A stretch of 64,000 nt of DNA from Anolis carolinensis (taxonomy: Eukaryota), in NCBI RefSeq assembly GCF_035594765.1, contig NC_085846.1, forward strand, positions 68,187,190 to 68,251,189, written 5' to 3'. Positions 39,601-53,600 of the stretch are shown in pieces (positions within the stretch are counted from its first letter, which is position 1; every line of letters starts with the position of its first letter). A program made the position numbers and the translations under genes. Under the pieces are notes generated by a model. The model saw only the letters and a list, made by a program, of their open reading frames with translations, was not told the DNA's origin and did not search any database.

Positions 39601-42600
39601 GTAACTGTATTATTCAGTGACAGTAACTTACATTATTATGGTAAATCTGGAATGATATCCTGTTAACTTCCCAAATGGCAGAATACAATTCCTTACTTTT
39701 TATGAATTGCAAAGGATGCAACTGTGTTACCACTTATTTGAAAATAATCCAAGTTGAACTCACTGGAATGTCTGTATAGATGCAGAAACACTGTTCCATC
39801 AATTCAAGTCTCATCTGTTTTGTTTACTAGATCTGCTTCTACTTTGGTCCTCTTTTTTGGGGGGAGGGGAGGAATAAATGCCGCCTACTTGATTTGAAGG
39901 ATTGATAAATCTAGGCTTTGGATTGTCATGATATCTCAGTGTCCTTTAAGTAGCACATAGAGATGCCTTTAGATATGTTATTATCATATATAGAGTATAC
40001 TTATTATTAATATGTCATTATAATATATAGAGTATAGTTTGGAGTAGCTTGCCAGAAGATATTTGACTACTGAATGAGCTGTCAAAATGTAAAACAGAAT
40101 TAGACATCTATCTTCTGGCAGGCCTACCCAATCAATTTTAAATAATGAATTCTAACTTTTCATTAGTATTGGTGTTTTCATCTTTGTCCTATGTACTTTA
40201 ATGTAACATATTTTAATGGCATTGTGTTTTATCTCTCTGTTCTACGTTGTATCTGGCTTTGAGCCATGTGGGGAGGTGGGTAACAAAATTTATTATTATA
40301 TTGTTATTACATATTGGAATTCAGCTCTGACATGAAGACTGTTGCAGATTCAAGCCTTGAAATCTCCAGATCAGACTAAAAAAGACGGAATGTTTGGCCA
40401 GAAAAAAAACCATTGGCAATGGGAAATTGCATTATTTCATTAAGACATGTGAAAATGAAGTATTTCCAAAGTTGGCTTCCTGTTAGCTGAGTTTATAAGT
40501 GTTTTCAAGTATTTTTTTATTATTTGGGGACTCATAAGGAATATTTTTGCTAAAATTCTGTAAAACTATATTTCCACCCAAAATTTGTGTTTTTTTTAAA
40601 GCATATTTTGTTTTTCATAATGATATTATTTCCTGCAAAATGCAACAGTGTTGGCTTGCAGGTATAAAAGAAAACAAAGTATGAGGTTGCTAAGCAATTG
40701 AGTACATTTTTCTACAATAAAACCAAAATCAAACATAGCACTAAGATGATAATGTGGAAATAAAATATAGAAACAAGTGATGCAAATTAAAATGGTTGTA
40801 AAACAAACGCAACATGGGATTACATTTAATCAACAAAGCTCAAATTATAGTTAAACAATGCTCAGAATGCAACAGCTAAAACCAGAAGCAAATATTAAAA
40901 TAGCAGCCATTTGAAAATTATTGTAACGGCAGTTAACATATTCTTTAGAGTCCTTGAATTGTTCACTGTACTGCCTCCTGGCCAGTTAATAAAAGCTTTT
41001 TGAATTCCTGATTTTCAGCTACATAAAATTTTAATCAAAAGAAAATTAAGGAAAGGGTGATTAAATCCACAGCTGAAGCCTGATAAGTTAAAATAGGCAT
41101 GTTTGAATCAAAGTCTTTAAAAACTAGCTTCTTTAAAAAGATTAATTTAATTGTTCCTATTTCAGTATGATATATGTTGTCTTCTGGACTAAATTCTACA
41201 GTTAATACCATTAGAATAGGTAGGGATTTACAGTGTTCCCTCAGTTACCACGTGGGTTACGCTCCAGGACCACCTGCAATAAGTGAAAATTCGTGAAGTA
41301 TGGACACTATATTTATTCTGTTTGTGGAGGAGAGCAAACCACGGACCACTTACTACAATGCAGTCTGTACTTTATTTTAGCAGTTACAATGTACAGTACA
41401 CCGGCAGAGAAGAAGAATGGAAGCTAAATAACCCTTTTTTATTTCCAACCCTTCCCTACCCTCCCCCCTCCCTTTATTTCTTCCTTATTTCTCCCTACCT
41501 CCCCCCTTCCAAAACCCTTTGCACACCGCAATAACCTGCGAAACAGAGAAAATACCACGATAAATGATTACATTAATATTTATTGAAAACCCACAAAACA
41601 GCGAGGGAGCGAAAAGTGAACCCCTAAGTAGTGAGGGAACACTGTGTATTACCCAAGCATCCACACTGCATACTTGTGAACAGTTTGATCTCATGTGTTG
41701 TCGAAGGCTTTCATGGCCGGAATCACTGGGTTGCTGTGAATTTTCCTAGCTGTATGGCCATGTTCCAGAAGTATTCTCTCCTGACGTTTCACCCACATCT
41801 ATGGCAGGCATCCTCAGAGGTTGTGAGGTCTGTTGGAAACTAGGCAAGTGGGGTTTACATATTTGTGGAATGTCCAGGGTGGGAGAAAGAACTCTTGTCT
41901 GTTGGAGGCAGGTGTGAATGTTGCAGTTGATTATCTTGATTAGCATTTCCAACCCTGGACATTCCAGATATAGACACCCCACTTGCCTAGTTTCTAACAA
42001 ACCTCACAACTTTGAGGATGCCTGCCATAGATGTGGGCTAAACGTCAGGAGAGAATGCTTCTGGAACATGACCATACAGCCCAAAAAACTCACAGCAACC
42101 CAGTTGATCCCACTTTAAAATGATGACTCCCTCCAATGGAATTCTGGAATGTGTAATTCATTGAAGTACTTCTGCTAAAATACTAGTTATCTGGCTGACA
42201 ATTCTAAGGACAGCCGCAAACTACAAATCCCAAGATTACGTAAAGTGGGATCTAATTGTTAGGAACTGTGCAGTATGGAGATCTCTTTTATTGCATATCT
42301 ACTGCAGTTAATAAAAGCACAGTACATACATTCAGATCTATTCAGCAGTAAAAAGTTGGTGCAAGCATCACTGTGATCATCATAATCCTTTGAAGATACA
42401 TATTTGTGTCAAGATTCTTTGATTGTGTGATTATGGCTGGGAGGGGAGGTCACATGAAATACTTATTTGAAGGGTTTATTTCTCAATGTCCCTGAAATTT
42501 CTTGCTTGGTTACTTGCTCCATCTTTCTGACTTCTTCCGCGTAAAATGGGATTTCAAATTAGTTTTTGCAAGGTAGAAAAAACTCTCGAATGTTTTATTT

Positions 42601-45600
42601 AAGTTGTGGGATTACTTTGCTCTCTATCTTTATCAGTAGGCTCAAACTTCAGTTACTTCAGGTACTAAAGTTGTATAGGAGTCATAACAGCGTTTTTAGC
42701 TTGCTCTCTGATCTAAATAAAGCTCATTCGGCAGATTTGTGTGTTTCCTTTTACATTCCAGTCCCAAGGACAAACCAATAACAGAGGAAGAAAGGAGTCT
42801 GGGGGAAGGGGATAATTATAGCCCAATTTTTTGGCTCAGAAGAAAATCCAGACATGCCTGGTCCTCCTTCCTTTTTCCTAGAAACCCTCCAGTGGATCAG
42901 ATAAAACAGCATCCTTTTTTCTGATCCAGGCTCCCAGACAAAAAATGTCAAAGGAAGAACAATAGTTTTTGAATGCTTCTGAATACCCCACTTCCCTGCT
43001 TTAAGCACATCCCACATTTTGCCTAATACAAATTGCTTGAAATAAAGTATTTGCTCTACTTGTAAATTAGGTTGTATAAACTAGATTGCATTCCAAGGGG
43101 GGGGGGGGGGGGTTCTTTTCAGAACACAACTCTCATTATATCTATGTGACCATTCTGGCAACTGATTGGGAAATTCTGGGAGCTCTAGTCCACTGAAATA
43201 AGTTATTTTTATTTTTTTATTATATTGCACTATAAGGTGTAAATAAAACATATATGTTATGCCTGTGTTGACTGGAGGTCAGATAACTCCAGGTATCCCT
43301 TTAAAAGTGACCTTACTAGAGCTACTCAGTTTAATCAACATGAAGTTTTTAATTAGCCAGTCTTTTTAGATGTCTTGGAAACTGTGGACTGCTGGAAAGA
43401 CAGATAAATGGGCCCTAGCTCAAATTAAGCCTGAACTACTCCTAGAAGCTAAGATGATTAAACTGAGACTTGTACTTGGGATACATAATGATAAGGCATA
43501 ACCAACTAGGGAAAAAACCAGTAACGCTTCATATGATGGAAGGCAGGAAGCCATAGCCCTGAATCTGAAGAACCTATTCAGGGCTGTTTATGACTTGGAA
43601 GACTGCCATTCACAGGGTCACCATAAATTAATGGCGGTTAACAACAACAGAGGAATTATTCCCAAATAATTATGCAATGAGTAGCCAAAACAGACTGAGT
43701 TTAACAGTAATCTATCTCTGCGTTTTCCAAAATGGTTGAAGACCCTGTTGTTGGTAAATTTCAGATGTTGCAAAACTTCAGATCCCATCAGTCCTGATCA
43801 ACATGGCTAGTGGTCAAAGATATTGAGATGTCCAGCAACAGGCTGGCCATTTCCTAAATAATAAGACTGCTTGTTTGTTCTGCTGACTCTTCATAGTCCA
43901 TGGGAATCTCTTCAGGTGGTATGTTCTGTTGTCTTCTCCAATAGCCATAACGTTTTGCCAGTTTCACCATATGCATTTTGAGGGATGCTCCCATAAAAAA
44001 ATACAAGAGCGGGTTCAGGCAACTATGAAACAAAGCAATGCTGTTTGTTACTTCGAATGCAACATCCATGGCTTTGCTTGCTTTGCAGTTTGTGATCAGG
44101 GGATAGATAATGTCTATGGCTCTCCAAAGTTTGATCACATTGTAGGGCAGCTGGGTGACAATAAAGACAGAAACAACTGCTGCAAGAACTTTCAGAGGCT
44201 GGGTCTTTTTAACACTGGGACTCTTGAAGAGAGCCCTGGCCACAGCTGAATAGCAGGTCAGCATGATGAAGAAAGGCAACACAAAACATAAGGCCATTTC
44301 TCCAACTTCAATTGTTACTTTAATTATTTTGCTCAGACTCTCTGGAAATGTAGAAACACATGCAATCTTGCCATGAAACTCCTTGACTTGGTTGAAAATG
44401 AGATCAGGAAGGCAAAGAAATGTACCCGCCATCCAGACAAAGAAACAGATTTTACTGCATAGTTTTGTGGTTCTTTGTTGACTTGGGGATTTGACAATGG
44501 CATTGTACCTATCCACACTGATCCAGGCCAGAAACTGCATGCTGACACTGAAGGTCATGGTGTAGATGGCAGTGGTGATTTTGCATAATGGGTTACTAAA
44601 CACCCATCCATGTACAGCATTCGTAGCCCAAAATGGAAGAGTAAAAAGCAGTAATAAATCAGCAATTGCCAAATGCATGATGTATACGTCAGTCCTGGTC
44701 TTTAGCTTCTTGATGTAGGCATAGATTGCAATCACAAGCGAATTCCCAGGAAGTCCAATAAGAAAAGCAATGGAATAAAAGGCTGGTAGAAAAGACTTGT
44801 TGAATGTTCTCACTTCTTCTTTGAGGCAAAGCATTTCATGTAAGGCATAGTCCACAGTAGCATTAGATTCATCATAATAAGAGTCGTAATATAGTTCAGA
44901 AGGGTTTGTAGCAGATTCCATGGAAGAAGCTGGCAGATGATACAAAAGGTCACTGTCATTTATATTGTGAAACATTTATGAGCATGTTTTCAATTAGTAA
45001 AGAACGCTTTCCAGATAATTTGAAAGTGAGACTCTAAATACAAATGTATTTGAATTATGCACCTTTTCTGCATGTCAGTCAAAACAAGATGAAATAATGA
45101 ATACACAGTGTTGTCAAAAATGGAAACTGCAGCAGAGTGATTTAGAACAGTGGTCCCATCCTTTGTTCCTTCATAGGTTTTGGACTTCAGCCCCCCCCCC
45201 CCCCCCAAATGAAGGTGGCTAGGGCTTCTGGGAGTTAAAGTTCAAAACACTTGAAGAAACAAAATTTGGAAACCATTGACCTAGAACAGTGGTTCTCAAC
45301 TTGTGGGTCCCCAGGTGTTTTGGCCTACAACTCCCAGAAATCTCAGCCAGTTTACCATCTGTTAGGATTTCTGGGAGCTGAAGGCCAAAACATCTGGACC
45401 CGTAGGTTGAGAACTACTGACCTATAGGAACTGGGAGAGGGGCAGGGCAAAAAAGAGGACAGTTTGTCAAGGGATCCTTGATCGCTGCCCCAGGCCTATC
45501 ATATTGGTTGCCTAGACCCCCACACAAACATGGGTTCCTGTGTAGGGCTGCGCTGACACTTCCAACATAATGTTTCATTAAGGACCCATAAACCCTTTGG

Positions 45601-47590
45601 TTGTATGCAAGGATAGAAATGAAATCTGCACTAACTGAGATTTTTTAATGAATTTGTCCAAATGCTGCTCTTATGAGATTACTAACATTATTAACATTTA
45701 ACATTATATGCACATTTTTTAGTTAGCTGCCTGCAAATGTGAATGAAAAGGTCTTTTCTTGAGCCTATTATGTTGTTACTGATTAAAGACTGCTATTGTG
45801 TGTGAAGCCTCCCGCATCTGATTTAATCAGTATGAAAATGATATCACTGAACAACATTCCCAAGCTTCTTTGATGTAAGAGACCAGGATTTCAAGAGCTA
45901 TGTTTGATCTATGGGGATTTCTCAGCCTTTTCTTTACTCTTTCTTAGTGAAAATATTAATGGTTGTAGGGAAGTAGACGTTGGGTTCTTCCAGTCCAGGC
46001 AAATGTGCAAGGTGGTTGCTGGAAGTTGAAGTATTGGTTGCTGTCGTTCTCAAGGAGCGGGGTTGTTTTGTTTTAAAAAAATATCCAAACAATGGTTGAC
46101 ATCCTGTTTGGGACATCTGCATGTTGAAGTTTCCCTTATCCATGAGAATCTTTTTGTTTTCCTTCCTCTGTAGAGTCTGATCTGTACTCCTCTTCAGCTT
46201 ACTGAACAGTCTCTGACACATCCTCCCTTGCAACTACTGTCATTCCTTGCTTTGTGGGGAGCAGAAAGGATTACAGAAATACTTCCCCTTAGCCTGATGC
46301 AAAAATGTTGACATCAGACTAAGAATTGTCAGGGTCTTCCATCTACAGGCCCTCTTGATCCCCATGAAGCAGGTAGTAGCAGTGGGGGGCATCAGAAGTT
46401 GTTCAGTAAGTCAAAGGCTCAATTTAATGTAGGTCTTCATGCCAACCTACTATGCAAGTACAATATTGCGTCTAAGCAAATATACAAAAGAGAAAGAGAA
46501 ACCCATGAATGTGGAAGGTTGATTATAGTCTACAAATTTCCGCTTACAAAGTATCTGTGGTTTGTCCAGTTTTTGGATTACAGCCTAAGGAATGTATTTA
46601 TTTTGCCAGTAGGGAGGTAAATAAAGAATATGTGCACAATCCGTTCTCAAAAGGAGAAAAGCTGGAAGTGGCATCTAGCCATCCTAATTCCTTCACCAAA
46701 AAGATTCAGAATACATCTAGCAACTATCCGTCTTACTAATTATAAAACCTGATGTTGCAAGACACTCTGGTAATAATTAGCAAAGTAGAAATGCAAGAGC
46801 CTATTCAACTAATTAGTCAAATAGTTTGAACATGTTTTCGAAATGCTTGACATCGATTTGCTTTGGTTGGAACTTTGAAAGTATGTGAAACATTTTGCTG
46901 CAAATTCATGACCTTTCTGGTTTTGCCATCTAAGACAGAGAATAATTTGTGGGCAGATTTGACTGCCACAAAATTAAAAAAATCCAATTAAAATAAGGGT
47001 GTTCACTCACAAAATAGGCATCCATTATCTACCCTTCCACTCAAATAAAAAAGTCGGAGAATAACCAATGTGTGCGTATTAAAAGTATGTTCCATCTTCA
47101 AAAGGAAAGTTAGTAATACAACAAGATAAAAACCATTCTTGGATTATAACATTTTCTTAAATCAGACGGCATTCCTGTTTCCATCACTCATTTTATCTCC
47201 ACATTTTATCTTCACTTGTGAAGAAGATTATACTTTAAGACACTGACTAATTTGAGGTCACCCAGTGAGTTTCCTGGTTTTTGGAAGATTTTAACTTGGT
47301 ACTTTGTAGCTCTAACTGGATACTATGACCTACAGCAGGGATTTTATGGATTACAACTCCCATTATCTTCCTGTATTAGACTCAGGCTGAAACTTGTCCT
47401 GTATCTGTTTGCAGTGTTCTTATCCTTGTTCATATGCATCTTGTATTGCATGTTGTCCTGTGTTTAATTAGTTTTATCAGTTTATTAATCTGTTTGCAGT
47501 TGTGCACCTTTTACCGCTGAGCAAATTGGGTCTTTGGACTGTAATAAAGTTTTAATTGATTGAATTTCTGTCCATCATCACTGGTTCTAG

Positions 47591-47623
<33 letters not shown>

Positions 47624-50600
47624 TGCTTACTTTTCTATAGCACTTTGGTATCAACAACACCCAAAGGGGTGGCCGGATAGATATAACTTGACTATGAATG
47701 ATGTTTAACCTCAGTGGTGTCATCATATATGCTCTTTATTCACATTCATTCCACATTCATTCCTCTTCAAGATAATTTTGATAGAAAATGATAAGGGGAA
47801 AAGGAAATCTTTAGACTTGTCAACATCAGAGCAAGGGGAACAGAAACTGTCCATCATTCACCATGGATGCAGAAGGTCCTGGGTTTAATTCCTGGCACCT
47901 CCATGCAAAGCTATGTAAAATCATTATAATAGAATTTCTAGAAAGCCTATTCTGTTCCACTTAGTGAAGATGAGACAGAGACAAACTAATGAGAGTTAAT
48001 ACAAGACAACGTCTTCTGTCTCTTCATCCCCTTGGTTCTATGATGGAAAAACTGCTAATTGTTTCTAAACAAAACCCTCCCAGATTTTCCTCCTTTTTTC
48101 AAATGCAAGTAAGCCTGCTACAATTCAGAATAAAAAGGAAAAACCAACCTGTTTTTTCCTTCTCAGTCAAAGGAGCTGCCGTTTTGATCTTTGCTGGTGG
48201 AATGCAGTTTCCTTTTCAGCTTCAGGATTTCTGTCTCCCCTCCAACACTACCACGCCTTTTGTTTCCAATGCATCATTGCTCATGAGTTGCCATTGTCGG
48301 CATGGGTTGGGATTTCCTGAAAATCATCAGTCACATCTGGACTGCTCCAAATTGGCCTTCAACCTAGAAGTCCAAAGCTTTGCAAAAAATCAAAAATCTC
48401 ACTAAAGTCACAGAGCTCCCAAGTGTTAAGCTTAAGGAATAGTGAAGCCATTTGGGCAAAGATATGGCTTTGGTGTGGTCAGTGGTATGAATGCAGTCCA
48501 TAGGGCAAAGATTTAGAGAATCAAGACTTCACTTCTAGACAGCATGGTCAATGTTGAAAGATGGAAGCAGTAAGCCATCACATCTTGAAAGCCACAGGTT
48601 TTCCACCCCCCCCCCCCCCAAATAGGGTAAATACCTGACTTTTCATTTACAGTATCTCTCTCTCATTCTTTAGTACTAATTTTAGTAGGATAGGTGTTAA
48701 TCACTAGATTATGCTCTAAAAGAAATGAAAAATCATCCCAATATAGGCTGTCAATGAGGCCTGTCCAACCCTTGGCCCATGGTCTAGGAAGGCTATGAAA
48801 ACAATACAAAAACGTAAACTTACTTAAAACATAATGAGATTTTTTGCGATTTCAACTGCATGGTTCTCAGGTGCAAACTTTGTAGATGAAAACGGAATGG
48901 AATAAATTAATCATAGTATGTTATATCAATGAATATTGGAGTAATTCACATTATAATTGCAAACAGTTCAGCTAGAAGAAACAAAAAAACCTATAATTTT
49001 CTAATGAAGAGCTAGAGGTACAATTGTGAAATTGTAAATTGCAAAAACAGAATTCAGAATAGTGCCGATGCATGCTGCACTCTTGTTATTTGTACTCTTG
49101 CGTGACTCAGGTTTTACAGTAGTGTGCAGCCCAAAACAATTCTTCTTCCAATGTGCTCCAGGAAAGCCAAAAGATTGCTGTAAATATATGCATTACTCAA
49201 AATTGTATGTTAAACATGTATCAGATTTCAAGTCTATTAATGGATGCATTCCCAAATCACTTAAGTTAGTTGAAATACAAATACTCCAGTTTTGTCTGTT
49301 TTGTGGGAAAATGCTAGTCAACAAGATTCACCAGATTTCTTTCAGGTTGCTAGCCTTATACAGAGCTTGGAGACTTTCCTTTTCGGATTCTCAGAACTGT
49401 AATCCAAACAAGTAACTTTTCCAAGCATTTATGACATATCAATATATTAATCAATCTAACCCAGTATTTTCAACTCTAAATGATAGCAGTTCTCTAGGAT
49501 CTCAGCCAGAACGTTTTTGTTTCACCTGTTCACAGATACATTGTTTTGTATGCATTGCCAAACAGGACTTACAGCCCAATCATTTTAAAACTGTTCCAAG
49601 AGCAGTCTTCTTTCTGTTTGCCTCTTAGGAGCAGGAAATCCAAATTGCAAGTTTGCTATTGTGATGGCCAAAGATAAAAACACATCTGGATCCAGGTAAA
49701 AATTATGTATAATTTTAAAATAATAGCATCAGGAACTGAAATGTTTGATGGGCTTCATATTGCCAGAGAAGCAAAGAGGAACAGTTAAAATGATTGCCCT
49801 TCATTTTTCAGCATTGTATTTGGAGACAGAAATGTTTATGCACCCTCATTTCTCTGTTGGTCAACACCAGTGGTTCTCAACCTGTGGGTCTTCAGGTGTT
49901 TTGGCCTATAACACCCAGAAATCCCAGCCAGTTTACCTAGCTGTTAGGATTTCTGGGAGTTGAAGGCCAAAACGTCTGGGGGCCAACAGGTTGAGAACCA
50001 ATGGTCTACATAAATTAGAGAAAGAAAGGAAACTCTGGAATGGCTTTGTACTATTCTGAGAGTAATCGTGTGTGAATAGCTCTGCAGCATTGGGCTGTGC
50101 TCTTTTCAGTGTAGAGCTTTGAAAAGTTCCTTTTTGCACTCAAAACTCTGGAGCATCTTGCACAGGCAGCATTGGACTAATTCACCCCCTTGCCAATGTA
50201 ATCTTGCTAATGTTAAGTGCCTGGATAGACTTTGTTTAAGATGCATTGGTAATAAAAGTTTGGAAATCCCCATAACATCTTGAGAGCTTATTTCCAGTGT
50301 ATCACGTTACTTACATTTTAAAGACTGAGATTCAGTTATGTTATCTTTCCGTTAGATACAAACAGCACAGTATGATAATTGTGCCAATGGATACGCCAGG
50401 GCTCAAGATCGTAAGGCCACTTTCCGTTTTTGGATATATGGGTAAGTAGAGTTGTTGAACATATGAAAGTTCAGCCTGACAAATAAATTTTAAATCTGGT
50501 GCATTTCAGAGCTGGTTCATCAAAAAATTGATGTTGTTGATCTCACATCTTGAATTGTCAAGATTCTATCCTATTTCTGCCTAGGTTTGCCTGTTAACCT

Positions 50601-53600
50601 AGGATTGTGTGCACTATAAATCAGTTAGGCAGCTTTCTTGGTGCCTGTTTTAAATCATTCATCTTTGTGTACCTACCAAAGCCAGTATCAGGATTCTTAG
50701 TAGTCCTTAGATTTATGTATAACTACTATATACAGGGAATATTTTTCTATGTCAGCTAGGTAAGATAGCAATAGAACACCTAGAAATCTGGACTTGTCCT
50801 TCTCTTACCTAAATCCAGGGATGGACAACTTGCGGCCCTCAGACCAATTCTGTGTCCCTCAACCCAATAACAATATCCCTCTGTAAGTAGTATTTTCAAA
50901 CCTTGTAGCAATTGGAACAGCTGGGCTGAGTTGGAGCAATAATGGAAAGAAAAAGAAGGTCTCATTCGCTTTTGACTGTGACCCCATCTATAACCAGGGA
51001 ATGGGTTTCCCAAAAAATGCTGCTCATAAGTTTGGAAATCTCTTCCATTTTTCTGGTTGTTCATGTCAGTCCATGTAAATGTATGTAAATCAAAACTTGG
51101 AGTAGATAAGAGACAAAGGACTTGCTCAAGGCCATCAACAGAAACAGAAACACAAAGCCTTCAGTATTTCTCTTTTTTTAAAATCACTACTTTGCCTGCT
51201 GTTTGCTGCATGTCCTGTATTACCCTCTCTCCCCCTTTCAGTCTTTCTGTGTTTGCAAAGGGAAAAAGAAATGAATCCACCCAGCCACCTTATTCACACA
51301 AGGCAGAATGAATTTATAGAACTTCCTCCAGTGGATGGCCACATATTTAAGTTTTTTCAAGAGGTTACGCAAAACTGGAAATTCTGAGAGTGAAATAGAA
51401 ACTACATTTCAGGCATTTGTTGTTGTTAACTGTAACTCCACCTATCATCCCTTTACTCCTCTGCCTCCACTTTAAAGGAGTAAAAAGACTCCGAGGAGCA
51501 AAACCTTTACAAGATAAGACATGTGACGTTTAGTCATTGGAGAAATAGTCATGTTGCAAAGACAAAAAAGGGGGTAGAAGAAGAATCTAGCACTAGTGGC
51601 CCTTTTAAGACTATCTTATCTATTTTTGCATGAACTTTCTTAGATTTTTCCTGCTTCTTAGCAAGGGGTTGGACTGGATGGCCCATGAGGTCTCTTCCAA
51701 CTCTACTATTCTATGATTTCAATTTAGGTATCAGATCCTTTGATAAAGTGACATTAATAGTTCAGTACAGATTGAGCATCCCATATACAGAATTCCAAAA
51801 TCCCAAACTTTGTTTCATGTGAAAATTATTTTAAAATAATAATTTTATGTTTGGGTTTAGTTCTCTGCTCCAATGTATGCATGTATATGCATATCCTGTA
51901 AAGGCATTCCAAAATCTGAAGAAAATCCAACATCCAAGACACTTCTGATTCTAAGCATTTTGGATAAGGGATACTCCAACTGTATTTGATAGTTTAAGCA
52001 GATCTTGACAGACATATATGATCTTGCACAGCTCTTTGAAGGTTTACGGCCAGGGGCACAATTTTCATCTTTTAGTTCTATATGGAAGAAATGGATTGAT
52101 ATCCTTTAAAGCACATGCTAAAGTCCCCCCTCTTTCCCACCTTTTTATGTAGTTGGGTCAGCAGCTCTTGAAGTAATTAATTAATCTGACATTACAACAC
52201 TAGCTGAGCTAGGAAAAAACCTGCTTTGATTGCAGCCTTTAGACCAGTCATTCCCAACCTGCGGTCTGTGGACCACCAGTGGTGCCCAAGAACTAAAATA
52301 TAGTCCGCAGCCTCACCATTACTACACTGTTGCAACAAGAGTGATGGGTGTTGCGAAACCCTCTATAGTGCTGAGGCAACAGGGATGTCGGGAGGAGAGA
52401 GGGTGACTACCCACGAAAGGCAAGTGACAAGCCTCCTGACTGGTGCTTCTCTTTCTCCCTCCCCCTGAGCAGAACCATTCCATATGGTGCTTGTAAGTGA
52501 GGGTACCTTGGTGTCTCCGTTTTTAGGCCTGTTCCTGGGGTTATTTGGGGTGCTGATTCCGAAGATTGCATTGGATAGACCACATTAGCTCTGGATTATT
52601 AAATATGGTTTTCTGTGGGCGAGCAGATGGCAACTATTGGATGGCATATGTTCTGTATCAGAAACTAGAGCTGATGTGGTCTATCCAATACAATTTTCTG
52701 AATCGGCACTGCAGACAATCAAACCAAATCTAAAGTGGACCAAAAACTGATTCGTTTTTGATGAGGTGACAGAGAATGGAATCCTTTCGAATCCCACCGC
52801 TGCCACCAATTTATGTGGAGATCTGATGGTGGCAGGGAATGGAATCCCTTTTAGAATCCCTCAGCTATACCACCAATATGTACAGAGGTGAGGTGTCTGA
52901 CAGGAAATGTGTGACAGAGATGGAACCTTTTCGATCCCACACACACACACACAGATACCACCACTTAATAAAGATGTTTTATGAGAGATGATGTTAAATA
53001 ATTATTTGTTTGACTATCTTCTTCTTCGCTGCCACCAATAGAAGAGACGTCAGGCAGATGGTACTGGTTCTTATAAGCTTTCTCTAGATGTTCCACTTTA
53101 GATGTTGATGTTACTTAACTTAATATAAGATTATGACAGAGGCTTGGTTAGAATAAAAACAAAACAAGTTTATTGCAAGTACAGAGCTTGATGGTTTCAT
53201 ATAACTTAGTAAAGGCACTTCGCTTAATGGTTACAAACGGTTATGAGGTGGTCAAACTTTCAAAATACTTCTTTCTCTGGATTACACTAAACCCTGATCC
53301 TCCTGGATCCCCTGGGATTAATGTTCCCTAATCCACAGACTCTATAACTGACCCTAGACAAATCACCTAACTTGCATAGTCTGGTCCAACCTAAATCTGA
53401 CTCAAATCTTTCTATTTAAGCCAGCCTGATTCTCCACACAAGAATCAGATCCTTCTCTGTGACTAGAAAATCACCAACTGCTTCTGGGTTTTAAAATATT
53501 CCCCCTCTTCCTTTCCAGGCGGCGGTTGGCTCCGCCCCTGTTGCTATGGTAACCTGTTCTAGCACTCTAAGATGGCTACCTTCCCCCATACATATTGTCA

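Noticed and set aside
44922-44975. 18-aa N-terminal extension of ACKR4 in the ORF track
   Set aside because: It spans a pyrimidine tract and AG acceptor (44930-44931), so it is most likely intronic.
45934-46233. 99-aa ORF / possible upstream ACKR4 exon
   Set aside because: TTG start, no recognisable homology, and splicing at the 45938 donor would be out of frame with ACKR4; it could be a 5' UTR exon but this is unsupported.
52786-53037. tRNA gene or CRISPR-like repeat-spacer array
   Set aside because: Only the 3' 11-23 nt of tRNA-Leu including CCA are present, with no cloverleaf. The spacers are related to each other and the context is a vertebrate LTR.
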